Position numbers and translations under genes: made by a program
Assembly (NCBI GenBank): GCA_963708175.1
Contig: CAVPSD010000006.1
Coordinates: forward strand, 640,538-704,537
Direction: 5' to 3'
Length of the DNA: 64,000 nt
Source of the DNA: an uncultured Acidimicrobiales bacterium
GTDB taxonomy: Bacteria; Actinomycetota; Acidimicrobiia; Acidimicrobiales; DATKAS01
Notes under the pieces: generated by a model
The model's input: the letters and a program-made list of their open reading frames with translations, nothing else
Database searches by the model: none
What the model was told of the DNA's origin: nothing
In this document: positions 19,949 through 29,590 of the stretch, piece by piece
Numbering within the stretch: the stretch's first letter is position 1
How the letters are laid out: each line of letters begins with the position of its first letter

Positions 19949-21166
19949 CTACTCGATGCGCAGACCGCTGATCGCGCGTGCGATGACGAGGCGCTGGATC
20001 TCGGAGGTGCCCTCGAAGATCGTGTAGATCTTCGCGTCGCGGTGCCAGCGCTCGACGGGATACGCACGCGTGTACCCGTAGCCGCCGAGGATCTGGATCG
20101 CCTCTTCGGTCACCTTGACCGCGACCTCGCCCGCCTTCAGCTTCGACATGGAGCCTTCCCCGGCGACGAACGGCTTGCCGTTGCGGCTCATCCACGCGGC
20201 GCGCCACACGAGCAGACGAGCGGCGTCGATCTCGGTCTTCATGTCGACGAGCTTGAACGCGATGCCCTGGTTCATGATGATCGGCTTGCCGAACGCGTGG
20301 CGCTCCTTCGCGTAGTCCAGCGAGAACTCGTACGCGGCGCGTGCGATGCCGAGTGCCTGCGCGGCGACTGCCGGACGGGTCGCCTCGAACGTCGCCATCG
20401 CCGGCTGCTTGGCACCGGTGCGACCAGCCTCACGGGCCTTCGCGAGCTTGGCGTCGAGCTTCTCTTTTCCACCGAGCAGGCAGCGGCCCGGGACACGGAC
20501 GTCGTCGAGCACGACCTCCGCCGTGTGGCTCGCACGGATGCCGTGCTTCGCGTACTTCTGCCCCTGCGACAGTCCCTTCGTGCCCGGCGGGACGATGAAG
20601 CTCGCTTGACCTCGGCCCTTCAGCGCCGGGTCGACAGTTGCGACGACCACGTGCACGTCGGCGATCCCACCGTTCGTGATCCACGCCTTCGTGCCGTTGA
20701 TGACCCACTCGTCGTTTGCCTCGTCGTAGACGGCTCGGGTGCGCAGCGAGGAGACGTCCGACCCTGCGTCAGGCTCGCTCACACAGAAGGCACCGAGCTG
20801 GATCTTGTCGGCGGTGCCGTAGCACTGGGGCACCCACTCCATGACCTGTTCCGGGGTGCCGTTGCCGGAGATGCCGGCCGCGGCGAGGGCGGAGCCGAAG
20901 ATCGCGAGCCCGATGCCCGCGTCGCCCCACCACAGTTCCTCGAGACAGACCGGGAGGGTGAGGCCCGTCGGGTCGGCGAACGTGTTCGCCATGAAGTCGA
21001 AGCTGTAGAGGCCGATGTTCGCGGCCTCCTGGACGATGGGCCACGGGAACTCCTCCCGCTCATCCCAGTCGTGTGCTGCGGGACGGACGACGTCCTCAGC
21101 GAAGTCGTGAACCCACTTCTGCAGCTGCAGCTGGTCTTCGTTGAGCTCGAGGGAGAAGTCGGTCAT
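19949..21166 (-). CDS. acyl-CoA dehydrogenase
   Basis: 405-aa ORF with ATG start. CVSEPDAGSD, WITNGG and the C-terminal YTIFEGTSEIQRLVIAR are classic ACAD motifs. Confidence 0.9.
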   Translation of the reverse strand: MTDFSLELNEDQLQLQKWVHDFAEDVVRPAAHDWDEREEFPWPIVQEAANIGLYSFDFMANTFADPTGLTLPVCLEELWWGDAGIGLAIFGSALAAAGISGNGTPEQVMEWVPQCYGTADKIQLGAFCVSEPDAGSDVSSLRTRAVYDEANDEWVINGTKAWITNGGIADVHVVVATVDPALKGRGQASFIVPPGTKGLSQGQKYAKHGIRASHTAEVVLDDVRVPGRCLLGGKEKLDAKLAKAREAGRTGAKQPAMATFEATRPAVAAQALGIARAAYEFSLDYAKERHAFGKPIIMNQGIAFKLVDMKTEIDAARLLVWRAAWMSRNGKPFVAGEGSMSKLKAGEVAVKVTEEAIQILGGYGYTRAYPVERWHRDAKIYTIFEGTSEIQRLVIARAISGLRIE

Positions 21167-21227
21167 GCGTCCAAGTTACCCAGCGGTAACAACGAACTGC
21201 AACTCATGGACGGGGAAAGAATCAGTC

Positions 21228-21674
21228 ATGGCTGGCGGTACCCCTGACCTGCGGATGCTCAATCTGATCGTGCGCGACATGGCCTCGTCCGTCGAGTTCT
21301 ACCGGCGCCTCGGCGTGACGGTGCCGGAGGGCGAGGCCGCCACTGGTGTGCACGTGCAGCTGCAGATGCCCAGCGGGTTCAGCCTCGAGCTCGACACTGG
21401 CGAGTCGGCGGCGTGGTGGCACGCGGGATGGCGGGCCGACCCTGGCAGCGCCGCGGTCGTCGTCTGCTTCTCCCTCGCGACCCGCGACGCGGTTGACGCG
21501 ACGTACGCGGACCTGACCGGCGCCGGCTACGTCGGCCGGCAGCCGCCGTTCGACGCGTTCTGGGGCGCGCGCTGGGCGATCGTCGCCGACCCCGACGGCC
21601 ACGACATCGGGTTGATGAGCCCCATGGACGACGCGCGGCGGTCATGGCCGCCGACGCCATCGCCGGAGCCGTGA
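21228..21674 (+). CDS. VOC/glyoxalase-family protein
   Basis: ORF 21141..21674 trimmed to ATG 21228. LNLIVRDMASSVEFYRRLG and WAIVADPDGHDIGLMSP. Confidence 0.65.
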   Translation: MAGGTPDLRMLNLIVRDMASSVEFYRRLGVTVPEGEAATGVHVQLQMPSGFSLELDTGESAAWWHAGWRADPGSAAVVVCFSLATRDAVDATYADLTGAGYVGRQPPFDAFWGARWAIVADPDGHDIGLMSPMDDARRSWPPTPSPEP

Positions 21675-21702
21675 GCCAGTCCCGGACGATCGGGGGGGCG
21701 GG

Positions 21703-22917
21703 TCAGAGGTCGCTGAGGGCGGCGGGAACGTCGGAAGGCGAGGGCTGCTCGTGCAGCGTCAGCACGAGTCCGAGCGCGGCGGCGGTGATCCCCGCGCCGA
21801 CGACGTAGGGGGCGCCGACACCGACGTGCTGGAACAGCGCGCCGGCCATCGCGGGGCCGACGACGCGGCCCAAGCCGCCTGCCATCTGCTGCAAGCCGAG
21901 CGCGCCGCCGCGGCGCGCGATCGGTGAGCGCCCCGCGACGATCGACGCGAGCGTCGGCGTCATGAGGCCCTGCCCGACGATGAGCGCAGCGAGCGCGAGC
22001 ACGAGCACCGGCCATTCGAGCGCAACCGCCAGCAGGAGCAGCCCCACGATGTTGAGCGCTAGGCCGCCGCGCAGCGTCCCGAGCGGGCCTAGGCGCGACA
22101 CCACGGGATGCACGAGACCGACCTGGACGAGGACGAGGAACAGCCCGATGCCCGCGAACACCGCCCCGGTCGAGCTGAGCGTCAGGTCGAAGCGCGCTTG
22201 GCCGAAGAGGGCGAACGTCGCCTCGAAGCCGGCGAACGCACACGTCGCGACGAACCCGCACAACGCGAGGCGCCACAAGTCGCCCCGCACCTGAGCACTG
22301 AGCTTTTCGCCCCGTTGGCGGCGATTCGACGTCGATTCGCCCCCCATGGGGGCGGTCTCGGGGAGGCGGCGGATCGCGACGAGAGCGTTCGCGAGCGCGA
22401 CGCACCCCGCCAAGTAGAACGGGACGTGCGGGCCGCCGAGCGCAGCGAGCGCGCCGAGCGCCGGCCCTGCGACGAACCCGACGCCGAATGCCGCGCTGAG
22501 CAGACCGAGCAGACGCGGCCGCTCCGATGGTTCCGCGACGTCCGCGACCGCGGCCTGCGCAACGGACACGCTCGCGCCCGAGCCGCCGTCGACGAGCCGA
22601 CCGAGGAAGAGCATCGGCAGCGAACCCGCCGCGCCGGTGATGAAGCTGCCCGCGGCGGTGCCGAACAGCGAGATGAGGATGACCGGCTTGCGCCCGACGC
22701 GGTCGGAGATGCGACCCCACACGGGCGCGAGCAACAGCTGCGCGACGGAGAACGTCGACAACAGGATCCCGACGGTCGTGGCGCTCGCGCCGAACCGCTC
22801 TGCGTAGAGCGGGAGGATCGGCAGGACGATGCCGAAGCCGACGAGATCGAGCGCGACGGTCGTCCAGATCGTGCCGAACCCGGGCGGGAGCGGCTTGCGC
22901 TCGCTGCGCTGGGTCAC
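21703..22917 (-). CDS. MFS transporter
   Basis: 404 aa, about 12 predicted hydrophobic helices, MFS loop motif GRISDRVGRKPV. GTG start. Confidence 0.85.
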   Translation of the reverse strand: MTQRSERKPLPPGFGTIWTTVALDLVGFGIVLPILPLYAERFGASATTVGILLSTFSVAQLLLAPVWGRISDRVGRKPVILISLFGTAAGSFITGAAGSLPMLFLGRLVDGGSGASVSVAQAAVADVAEPSERPRLLGLLSAAFGVGFVAGPALGALAALGGPHVPFYLAGCVALANALVAIRRLPETAPMGGESTSNRRQRGEKLSAQVRGDLWRLALCGFVATCAFAGFEATFALFGQARFDLTLSSTGAVFAGIGLFLVLVQVGLVHPVVSRLGPLGTLRGGLALNIVGLLLLAVALEWPVLVLALAALIVGQGLMTPTLASIVAGRSPIARRGGALGLQQMAGGLGRVVGPAMAGALFQHVGVGAPYVVGAGITAAALGLVLTLHEQPSPSDVPAALSDL

Positions 22918-22935
22918 ACGCGACTCACGGGCGGT

Positions 22936-24300
22936 TCACGCGCGGCGCACGAGCGTGCCGCCCGGGGTGTCCTCCACGATCCAGCCCTCCGCTTGGAGCT
23001 GGTCGCGAATCGCGTCGGCGCGCGCGAACTCCCTGGCGGCACGAGCGCTGTCCCGCTCGGCCGCGAGCGCGGCGACCCCTGCCGGCACGTCGCCGGTGTC
23101 GCCGTGAAGCACGAGGCCCACGGCTTCGCAGATCGCATCCACCGCCCCGACCAGCGGGCCTGCCGTCGCCACGTCACCGGAGTCGAGCGCGACGTTCACC
23201 CGACGCACGCTGTCGAACAAGAGGGCCATGGCTGCGGGCGTGTCGAGGTCGTCGTCCATCGCGGCGCGAAACCGTTGGATCGTCTCGGGATCCGCGGCGT
23301 GGAAGCCGGGGATCTCGGCCGCGACTCGGCGGGCGAACGCATCGAGGCCCGCAAGCGAGCGCTCGGCACGGTCGGTGGTGTCCTTGCTGATCTCGAGCGG
23401 CGACCGGTACTGGGACTGCAGCACGAGCAGGCGGTACGCCCGCTGGTCGACCCTCTCGACAAGGTCGAGCAGGTTCGTGAAGTTCCCGAGCGACTTCGAC
23501 ATCTTCTCTCCGCCGACCTCGACGAACCCGTTGTGCACCCAATGCCGCGCGAACGGCTTCCCCAGCGCGACCGCCTGAGCGCGCTCGTTCTCGTGATGGG
23601 GGAACGCGAGGTCCTGCCCGCCGCCGTGGATGTCGAAGCCCTCGCCGAGGAGATCGAGCGACATCACGACGCACTCGGTGTGCCAACCGGGACGTCCGGC
23701 GCCCCATGGCGACTCCCAGGAGGGCTCACCCGGCTTCGCCAGCTTCCACAGCACGAAGTCGGCGGGCGAGCGCTTCTCCTCGCCGACGAGGGAACGCTCG
23801 CCGCCACCGGCCCGCATGTCCTCGAGCGACTGGTGCGCGAGCAGGCCGTAGCCCTCCACGGTCTCCACCGAGAGGTACACGCCGTCACTCGTGATGTAGG
23901 CGTGGCCTCGGTCGACGAGCTCGGAGACGAGAGCGATCATCTCGTCCACGTATGCGGTCGCGTGCGGGTCGAGTGTCGGTCGCTTCACGCCGATCGCGTC
24001 CATCCCCTGGTACCACACCGCCTCGCACTTCACCGCGATCTCCTCGGGCGTACGTCCCTCGCGGTTCGCCCGATCGATGATGTGATCGTCGATGTCGGTG
24101 ATGTTGGAGACGTAGCGGACCTCGAGGCCCGTCCATTCGAGGTAGCGGCGTAGCACGTCGAACACGAGCGAGAACCGACCGTGGCCGAGGTGCGGAGGGC
24201 CGTACACCGTCGGACCACACACGTACATGCCCACCTTGCCCGGCTCGCGCAACGCGAGCTCGCGGACAGTGCCGGAGGCGGTGTCGTGGAGGTGGATCAC
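22936..24300 (-). CDS. cysS: cysteine--tRNA ligase
   Basis: HIGH motif (PPHLGHGR), KMSKS ([10 protein letters not shown]), WHTEC zinc site. The C-terminal anticodon-binding region ending [17 protein letters not shown] argues for CysS rather than MshC. Start set to GTG 24300 ([10 protein letters not shown]). An ATG at 24354 is the alternative. Confidence 0.85.
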   Translation of the reverse strand: MIHLHDTASGTVRELALREPGKVGMYVCGPTVYGPPHLGHGRFSLVFDVLRRYLEWTGLEVRYVSNITDIDDHIIDRANREGRTPEEIAVKCEAVWYQGMDAIGVKRPTLDPHATAYVDEMIALVSELVDRGHAYITSDGVYLSVETVEGYGLLAHQSLEDMRAGGGERSLVGEEKRSPADFVLWKLAKPGEPSWESPWGAGRPGWHTECVVMSLDLLGEGFDIHGGGQDLAFPHHENERAQAVALGKPFARHWVHNGFVEVGGEKMSKSLGNFTNLLDLVERVDQRAYRLLVLQSQYRSPLEISKDTTDRAERSLAGLDAFARRVAAEIPGFHAADPETIQRFRAAMDDDLDTPAAMALLFDSVRRVNVALDSGDVATAGPLVGAVDAICEAVGLVLHGDTGDVPAGVAALAAERDSARAAREFARADAIRDQLQAEGWIVEDTPGGTLVRRA

Positions 24301-24352
24301 GGGGGGAACGGTAGCGGGAGGCCCAGGGCCCACCCGGTAGCGTTTCCCCACC

Positions 24353-26884
24353 ATGAGCGCTCCCGAGAAGCCCACACTCGACGGTCTCGAGGAGCGATGG
24401 GCCGCGGTCTGGGAGCGTGACGGCACCTACCACTTCGATCGCACGAAGACCCGCGAGCAGATCTTCTCGATCGACACCCCACCCCCGACGGTCAGCGGCG
24501 CGCTCCACCCCGGCCACGTGTGCAGCTACAGCCAGACCGACATGGTCGCGCGCTATCGCCGCATGCGCGGGCACGAGGTCTTCTACCCGATGGGATGGGA
24601 CGACAACGGCCTGAACGTCGAGCGGCGCGTCCAGCTCACCTACGGCGTCACCTGCGACCCGTCCCTCCCCTACGACCCCTCGTTCGTCGCGCCAGAGGCG
24701 CCCGCGAAGCAGCCCATCCCGATCTCGCGACCCAATTTCGTGGCGCTGTGCGGCGAGCTCACCGAACAGCTCGAGCAGGCCTACTTCGAGCTCTGGACAC
24801 GCGTTGGCCTCTCGGTCGACTGGCGGCAGACCTACACGACGATCGGCACGAAGGCGCGCCGCATGTCGCAGCGGGCCTTTCTCGGGCTCCTGCGCGACGG
24901 GCACGCACACCTCGCCGAAGCACCCACGTTGTGGGACGTCGACTTCAAGACGTCGGTCGCGCAGGCCGAGCTCGAGGACCGCGAGCGGCCTGGTGCGTAT
25001 CACCGCATCGGGTTCAAGAAGACGAGCGGCGGTGAGCAGGTCTACGTCGAGACGACGCGCCCCGAGCTGATCGCGGCGTGCGTCGCGCTCGTGGCCCATC
25101 CCGACGATGCGCGCTACAAGCCGCTCTTCGGGACGACCGTCCGCTCACCGCTGTTCCACGTCGAGGTTCCCGTCGTCGCGCACGACCTCGCCGATCCCGA
25201 GAAGGGCTCGGGCATCGCGATGATCTGCACGTTCGGTGACACGACCGACGTCATCTGGTGGCGCGAGCTCGGACTTCCCGTCCGCTCGATCGTCGGCCGC
25301 GACGGCCGGATCGTCCCCCATCCGCCTCAAGGCGTCGAGGCGGACGGCGCGTGGGCGGAGATCGCGGGCCGCACGGTCTCGCAGGCCCAGACGCGGATGG
25401 TCGAGATGCTCACCGAGTCGGGCGACATGGTCGGTGAGGCGAAGCCGATCACGCATCCGGTGAAGTTCTGGGAGAACGGCAACCGTCCGCTCGAGATCGT
25501 CACGAGCTGGCAGTGGTTCATCAAGTACCCGCCGGCGGAGGCGCTGCTGGCTCGGGGCCGCGAGCTGCGCTGGTTCCCCGATTTCATGCGGGTCCGGTAC
25601 GAGAACTGGGTCAACGGCCTGGCCGGCGACTGGAACATCACCCGTCAGCGGTTCTTCGGCGTGCCGTTCCCAGTCTGGTATCCGTTGCTCGACGACGGCA
25701 CCGTCGATCGCGCACAGCCGATCGTCCCGAGCGAGGAGCGTCTCCCCGTCGATCCGTCGACGGACTGCCCGGACGGCTACGACGAGTCACAGCGTGGCCA
25801 GCCCGGAGGCTTCGTCGGCGATCCCGACGTGATGGACACTTGGGCGACCTCGTCGATCTCGCCACACATCATCTCCGGATGGGTCGACGACCCCGATCTC
25901 TTCGCGCGTGTCTTCCCGATGGACATGCGGCCGCAGGCTCACGAGATCATCCGCACGTGGCTCTTCTACAGCGTCGTCCGGTCACAGATCATGCACGGCA
26001 CGCTCCCGTGGCACGACGCGGCGATCTCGGGTTTCGTCCACGACCCCGATCGCAAGAAGCTCTCGAAGTCGAAGGGGAATGCCGAGGACGACCCCAACAG
26101 CCTGCTCTCGCAGTTCGGCTCGGATGCGATCCGCTATTGGGCAGGCAACGGCCGCCCGGGTCAGGACATCTCGCTCGACAAGAACCAGATGAAGGTGGGG
26201 CGCCGCCTCGCGATCAAGCTGCTCAACGCGAGCAAGTTCGTGCTCGGGCTCACCGCGGACGAGGTGAGCGAAACCGCGGTGACCCACGCGCTCGACCGGG
26301 CGATGCTCGCGGGCTTGGCCGACCTCGTCGACCAGGCGACCAGCGCGTTCGAGGTGTACGACTACGCCCGCGCGCTCGAGCGCACCGAGACGTTCTTCTG
26401 GAGCTTCTGCGACGACTACCTCGAGCTCGTGAAAGGCCGGGCCTATGGCGCCGCCGGCTCCGAGGCCGCGGCATCGGCGAACGCTGCGCTGCGACTCGCG
26501 TTGTCCACGCTGCTGCGGCTGTTCGCTCCGATCCTTCCGTTCGTCACCGAGGAGGTCTGGTCCTGGTGGCAGCAAGGCTCCATCCATCGCTCGTCGTGGC
26601 CCGACGCGGCCTCGATGCGCGCGGTCGCGGCGGACGGCGATCGGCGCGTTGCCGAGGTGACCGGCGAGGTCCTCGGCGCAGTGCGGAAGGCGAAGTCCGA
26701 GGCGCAACGCTCGATGCGCGCGCCCGTCGACCGCGTCGTGGTCCGCGACACCGCCGAGCGTCTCGCCGCGCTGCAGCTTGCGATCGACGACCTCAAGGAA
26801 GCGGGCTCAGTGCGCGAGCTCGTGCTCGAGGCGAGCGACGACGCTCCCGGCGTCGAGGTCGCGCTCGCGGACGACGCCGCCTGA
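24353..26884 (+). CDS. valS: valine--tRNA ligase
   Basis: 843 aa. PPTVSGALHPGH (HIGH-type), KLSKSKGN (KMSKS), class Ia editing-domain layout. Divergent from cysS with about 52 bp between starts. Confidence 0.85.
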   Translation: MSAPEKPTLDGLEERWAAVWERDGTYHFDRTKTREQIFSIDTPPPTVSGALHPGHVCSYSQTDMVARYRRMRGHEVFYPMGWDDNGLNVERRVQLTYGVTCDPSLPYDPSFVAPEAPAKQPIPISRPNFVALCGELTEQLEQAYFELWTRVGLSVDWRQTYTTIGTKARRMSQRAFLGLLRDGHAHLAEAPTLWDVDFKTSVAQAELEDRERPGAYHRIGFKKTSGGEQVYVETTRPELIAACVALVAHPDDARYKPLFGTTVRSPLFHVEVPVVAHDLADPEKGSGIAMICTFGDTTDVIWWRELGLPVRSIVGRDGRIVPHPPQGVEADGAWAEIAGRTVSQAQTRMVEMLTESGDMVGEAKPITHPVKFWENGNRPLEIVTSWQWFIKYPPAEALLARGRELRWFPDFMRVRYENWVNGLAGDWNITRQRFFGVPFPVWYPLLDDGTVDRAQPIVPSEERLPVDPSTDCPDGYDESQRGQPGGFVGDPDVMDTWATSSISPHIISGWVDDPDLFARVFPMDMRPQAHEIIRTWLFYSVVRSQIMHGTLPWHDAAISGFVHDPDRKKLSKSKGNAEDDPNSLLSQFGSDAIRYWAGNGRPGQDISLDKNQMKVGRRLAIKLLNASKFVLGLTADEVSETAVTHALDRAMLAGLADLVDQATSAFEVYDYARALERTETFFWSFCDDYLELVKGRAYGAAGSEAAASANAALRLALSTLLRLFAPILPFVTEEVWSWWQQGSIHRSSWPDAASMRAVAADGDRRVAEVTGEVLGAVRKAKSEAQRSMRAPVDRVVVRDTAERLAALQLAIDDLKEAGSVRELVLEASDDAPGVEVALADDAA

Positions 26885-27814
26885 TCAGCCAGGCGGCGGC
26901 GTGGACGGCGACGCGGTGGCGCCCGCGTAGATGCCGGCCGCGTCGAGCCCGTCCTTGAGGTGCACGCGCATCCTGCGCTGTGCCTCCCACTGGCTTCCGG
27001 GCTTCGTCCGGGCGGTGACCCGGATCGTCATGTGGTCGGGAGAGAGCGCCTGCACGCCAACGACCTTCGGCGGCGCGAGGAGCAAGGGGGCGATCGCGTC
27101 GTCCTTCGCCGCTTCGTCGGCGAGCCGCCCGACGACCTCGATCGCCCTCGTCGCGCTCACCTTTGACGTCACCTCCACGTCGAGGACGGCGGTCGAGTAC
27201 TCGGAGGACTTGTTCCCGAGGACTCGGATGTCGCCGTTCGCGATGTGCCACAACGTCCCCTGGCCGTCGCGGAGATCCGTGACGCGGATCGAGACCCGCT
27301 CGACCACTCCTTCCTGATCGCCGATCGTGACCGTGTCGCCGACGCCGAACTGGTTCTCGACGAGCATGAGGAAGCCAGCGAGGTAGTCCTTCACGATCTG
27401 CTGCGCGCCGAAGCCGAGCGCGGCACCGACGAACGCACTGCCGATGGCGAGCGCTCGCACATCCACACCGAGGATCGCGAGCACCCACATGGCGCCGAGG
27501 ACCAGCACCGCGCCACGGACCGTGCTCGCCGAGACCGTCGCGAGCGTGTTCGCGCGCTGCTCGAGCGCTTCCGGTGCTTCCGGCGTGAGCGGGTTCCTTC
27601 CGCTGAGCCTCACGAAGTTCGTCATGGCCCGCTTCGTGAGGCGTTTCAGCAGCCAGGCGAGCACGAACGTGACGACGATCGCGATGAGGATCTGCAGTGG
27701 CTTGTCGACGAGCCAGTTCGCCGCCTTCGCGAGCGCTTCGTTGTGCGTGTTGTTCCAGACCCACTCGCAGGTCGTGCCGGGATCTTCGCCGCACGCGCTC
27801 GTGAGGTCGGCCAC
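26885..27814 (-). CDS. mechanosensitive ion channel (MscS family)
   Basis: 309 aa. TM helices followed by the conserved FGVGDTVTIGDQEGVVERVSIRVTDLRDGQGTLWHIANG beta-domain. The stop abuts the valS stop (0-nt spacer). Confidence 0.85.
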   Translation of the reverse strand: MADLTSACGEDPGTTCEWVWNNTHNEALAKAANWLVDKPLQILIAIVVTFVLAWLLKRLTKRAMTNFVRLSGRNPLTPEAPEALEQRANTLATVSASTVRGAVLVLGAMWVLAILGVDVRALAIGSAFVGAALGFGAQQIVKDYLAGFLMLVENQFGVGDTVTIGDQEGVVERVSIRVTDLRDGQGTLWHIANGDIRVLGNKSSEYSTAVLDVEVTSKVSATRAIEVVGRLADEAAKDDAIAPLLLAPPKVVGVQALSPDHMTIRVTARTKPGSQWEAQRRMRVHLKDGLDAAGIYAGATASPSTPPPG

Positions 27815-27864
27815 GTCAAGCGACGTTACTCAGGCGGCACAGGACAACTCGCTACCGTGACGCG

Positions 27865-28974
27865 GTGGCCGCCAAGCAAGAGCCGCCGATGCCGACGCGG
27901 GTGGTCGCGATCAACGCCGCCATCGACGACACGCGCACCACCGGCACTGTCGCGACGCCGAGTCGCCGCAAGCTGATCATCCGCATCGCGATGCTGTCGG
28001 TCACCGCCTTCTCGCTCTACTTGCTCTTCCCCGCCCTAGTCTCGGTGCTCGGTTCATGGAAGGACCTCGAGCGGGTCAACCCGGGTTGGTTCGTCGCGGT
28101 GCTGTGCACCGAGAGCTTGAGCCTGATCTGCTTCTGGAACCTCCAACGAATCGCGTTGCGCACGAAGGCGTGGTTCTCCGTCGCAACCTCACAGCTCGCG
28201 AGCGGGGCGATGACCAGCATCATCCCTGCCGGACAAGCGGCCGGCGCGGCGCTCCAGTTCAAGATGCTCACCACCGCCGGAATCGACGCCGCCACCGCCG
28301 GTTCGTCGATCACTGCGCTGTCGTTGCTCACGACCGGCACTGTCCTCGCGCTCCCCATCCTCGCCCTGCCCGCAATCCTCACCGGCACCACGGTGCCCTC
28401 CGGCCTCGCACAGGCCGCGTGGATCGGCGCGATCGCGTTCGTGCTGCTCGCGCTCGGGGCCGCATGCCTCCTGATCTTCGTCAAGCCCCTCGAGGTCGTC
28501 GGCTCGGTGATCCAACGCGTTCGAAACCGGTTCGAACGCAAGAAGGCACCCCTCACGGACCTCCCCCTTCGGCTCGTGCGTGAGCGCGACCTCATCCGCC
28601 AAACGTTGGGCTCGCATCTCGGCGCCGCCGTGCTGAGCGCGGTGGGACGGTCGCTGTTCGACTACCTCACGTTGCTCGTCGCGCTGCGGGCTGTGGGAGC
28701 GAGCCCGGACCCGACCCTCGTGCTCCTCGCCTACGCCGCGGCTCAGATCCTCAGCATGATCCCGATCACGCCGGGAGGTCTCGGCTTCGTCGAGGCCGGC
28801 CTGACCGCGACCCTCGCGCTCGCGGGCGTCAGCGGCGGTGAAGCGGTGCTCGCCACGCTCATCTACCGGTTGGCGTCGTACTGGTTGCCGATGCCGAGTG
28901 GTCTCGTCGCCTATCTGCTGTTCCGTCGCCGCTATCAGACGGGGAAGGTCGGCCGGCCAGTGCCGGCGACCTGA
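27865..28974 (+). CDS. flippase-like / lysylphosphatidylglycerol-synthase TM-region family (UPF0104) membrane protein
   Basis: 369 aa, polytopic. The C-terminal ITPGGLGFVEAGLTATL motif is characteristic of the LPG_synthase_TM family. Confidence 0.65.
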   Translation: MAAKQEPPMPTRVVAINAAIDDTRTTGTVATPSRRKLIIRIAMLSVTAFSLYLLFPALVSVLGSWKDLERVNPGWFVAVLCTESLSLICFWNLQRIALRTKAWFSVATSQLASGAMTSIIPAGQAAGAALQFKMLTTAGIDAATAGSSITALSLLTTGTVLALPILALPAILTGTTVPSGLAQAAWIGAIAFVLLALGAACLLIFVKPLEVVGSVIQRVRNRFERKKAPLTDLPLRLVRERDLIRQTLGSHLGAAVLSAVGRSLFDYLTLLVALRAVGASPDPTLVLLAYAAAQILSMIPITPGGLGFVEAGLTATLALAGVSGGEAVLATLIYRLASYWLPMPSGLVAYLLFRRRYQTGKVGRPVPAT

Positions 28975-28975
28975 C

Positions 28976-29548
28976 GTGCTCGAAGCGTTCCTCATCAGCT
29001 TTGGAGTGATCTTCGTCGCCGAGCTCGGCGACAAGAGCCAGCTGATGGCGCTCGGCTTCGCCACGCGCTATCCCGCGGTCTCGGTCTTGATCGGGATCAC
29101 GTTGGCGACGGCGATCGTCCACCTCCTGTCGGTCGGCATCGGAGCGGTGATCGGGTCTGCGCTGCCCGATCGCGCGATCCAGGCGGTGTCGGGTCTCGCG
29201 TTCCTCGGCTTCGCGCTCTGGACCCTGCGGGGCGACGACCTCACCGCGGGTGACAAGGAGAGAATCGCGCAATCCCAGGGTTCAGTGATCCTCACCGTCG
29301 GTGGGCTGTTCATGCTGTCCGAGCTCGGCGACAAGACGATGCTCGCCACCGTCACACTCGCGACCGAGCACGGCCTGTTCGGCACGTGGCTCGGCTCGAC
29401 CGTAGGCATGGTGGCCGCCGACGCGATCGCGATCGTCGTCGGTCGGATTGCCGGCGATCGCCTCCCTGAGCGCGCCATCCGCATCGGCGCGGCCGTGCTG
29501 TTCGCGCTCATCGGGATCGCGTCTCTCGTCGAGGCCGCGATCGGATGA
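28976..29548 (+). CDS. GDT1/TMEM165 (UPF0016) family cation transporter
   Basis: Two E-x-G-D-K-[ST] motifs (AELGDKSQ, SELGDKTM). ORF 28838..29548 trimmed to GTG 28976 (VLEAFLISFGVIF), 2 nt after the upstream stop. Confidence 0.75.
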   Translation: MLEAFLISFGVIFVAELGDKSQLMALGFATRYPAVSVLIGITLATAIVHLLSVGIGAVIGSALPDRAIQAVSGLAFLGFALWTLRGDDLTAGDKERIAQSQGSVILTVGGLFMLSELGDKTMLATVTLATEHGLFGTWLGSTVGMVAADAIAIVVGRIAGDRLPERAIRIGAAVLFALIGIASLVEAAIG

Positions 29549-29590
29549 CCGCGATCGAGTGACCGCGAACCCCACCTGTACCCTGGGCCG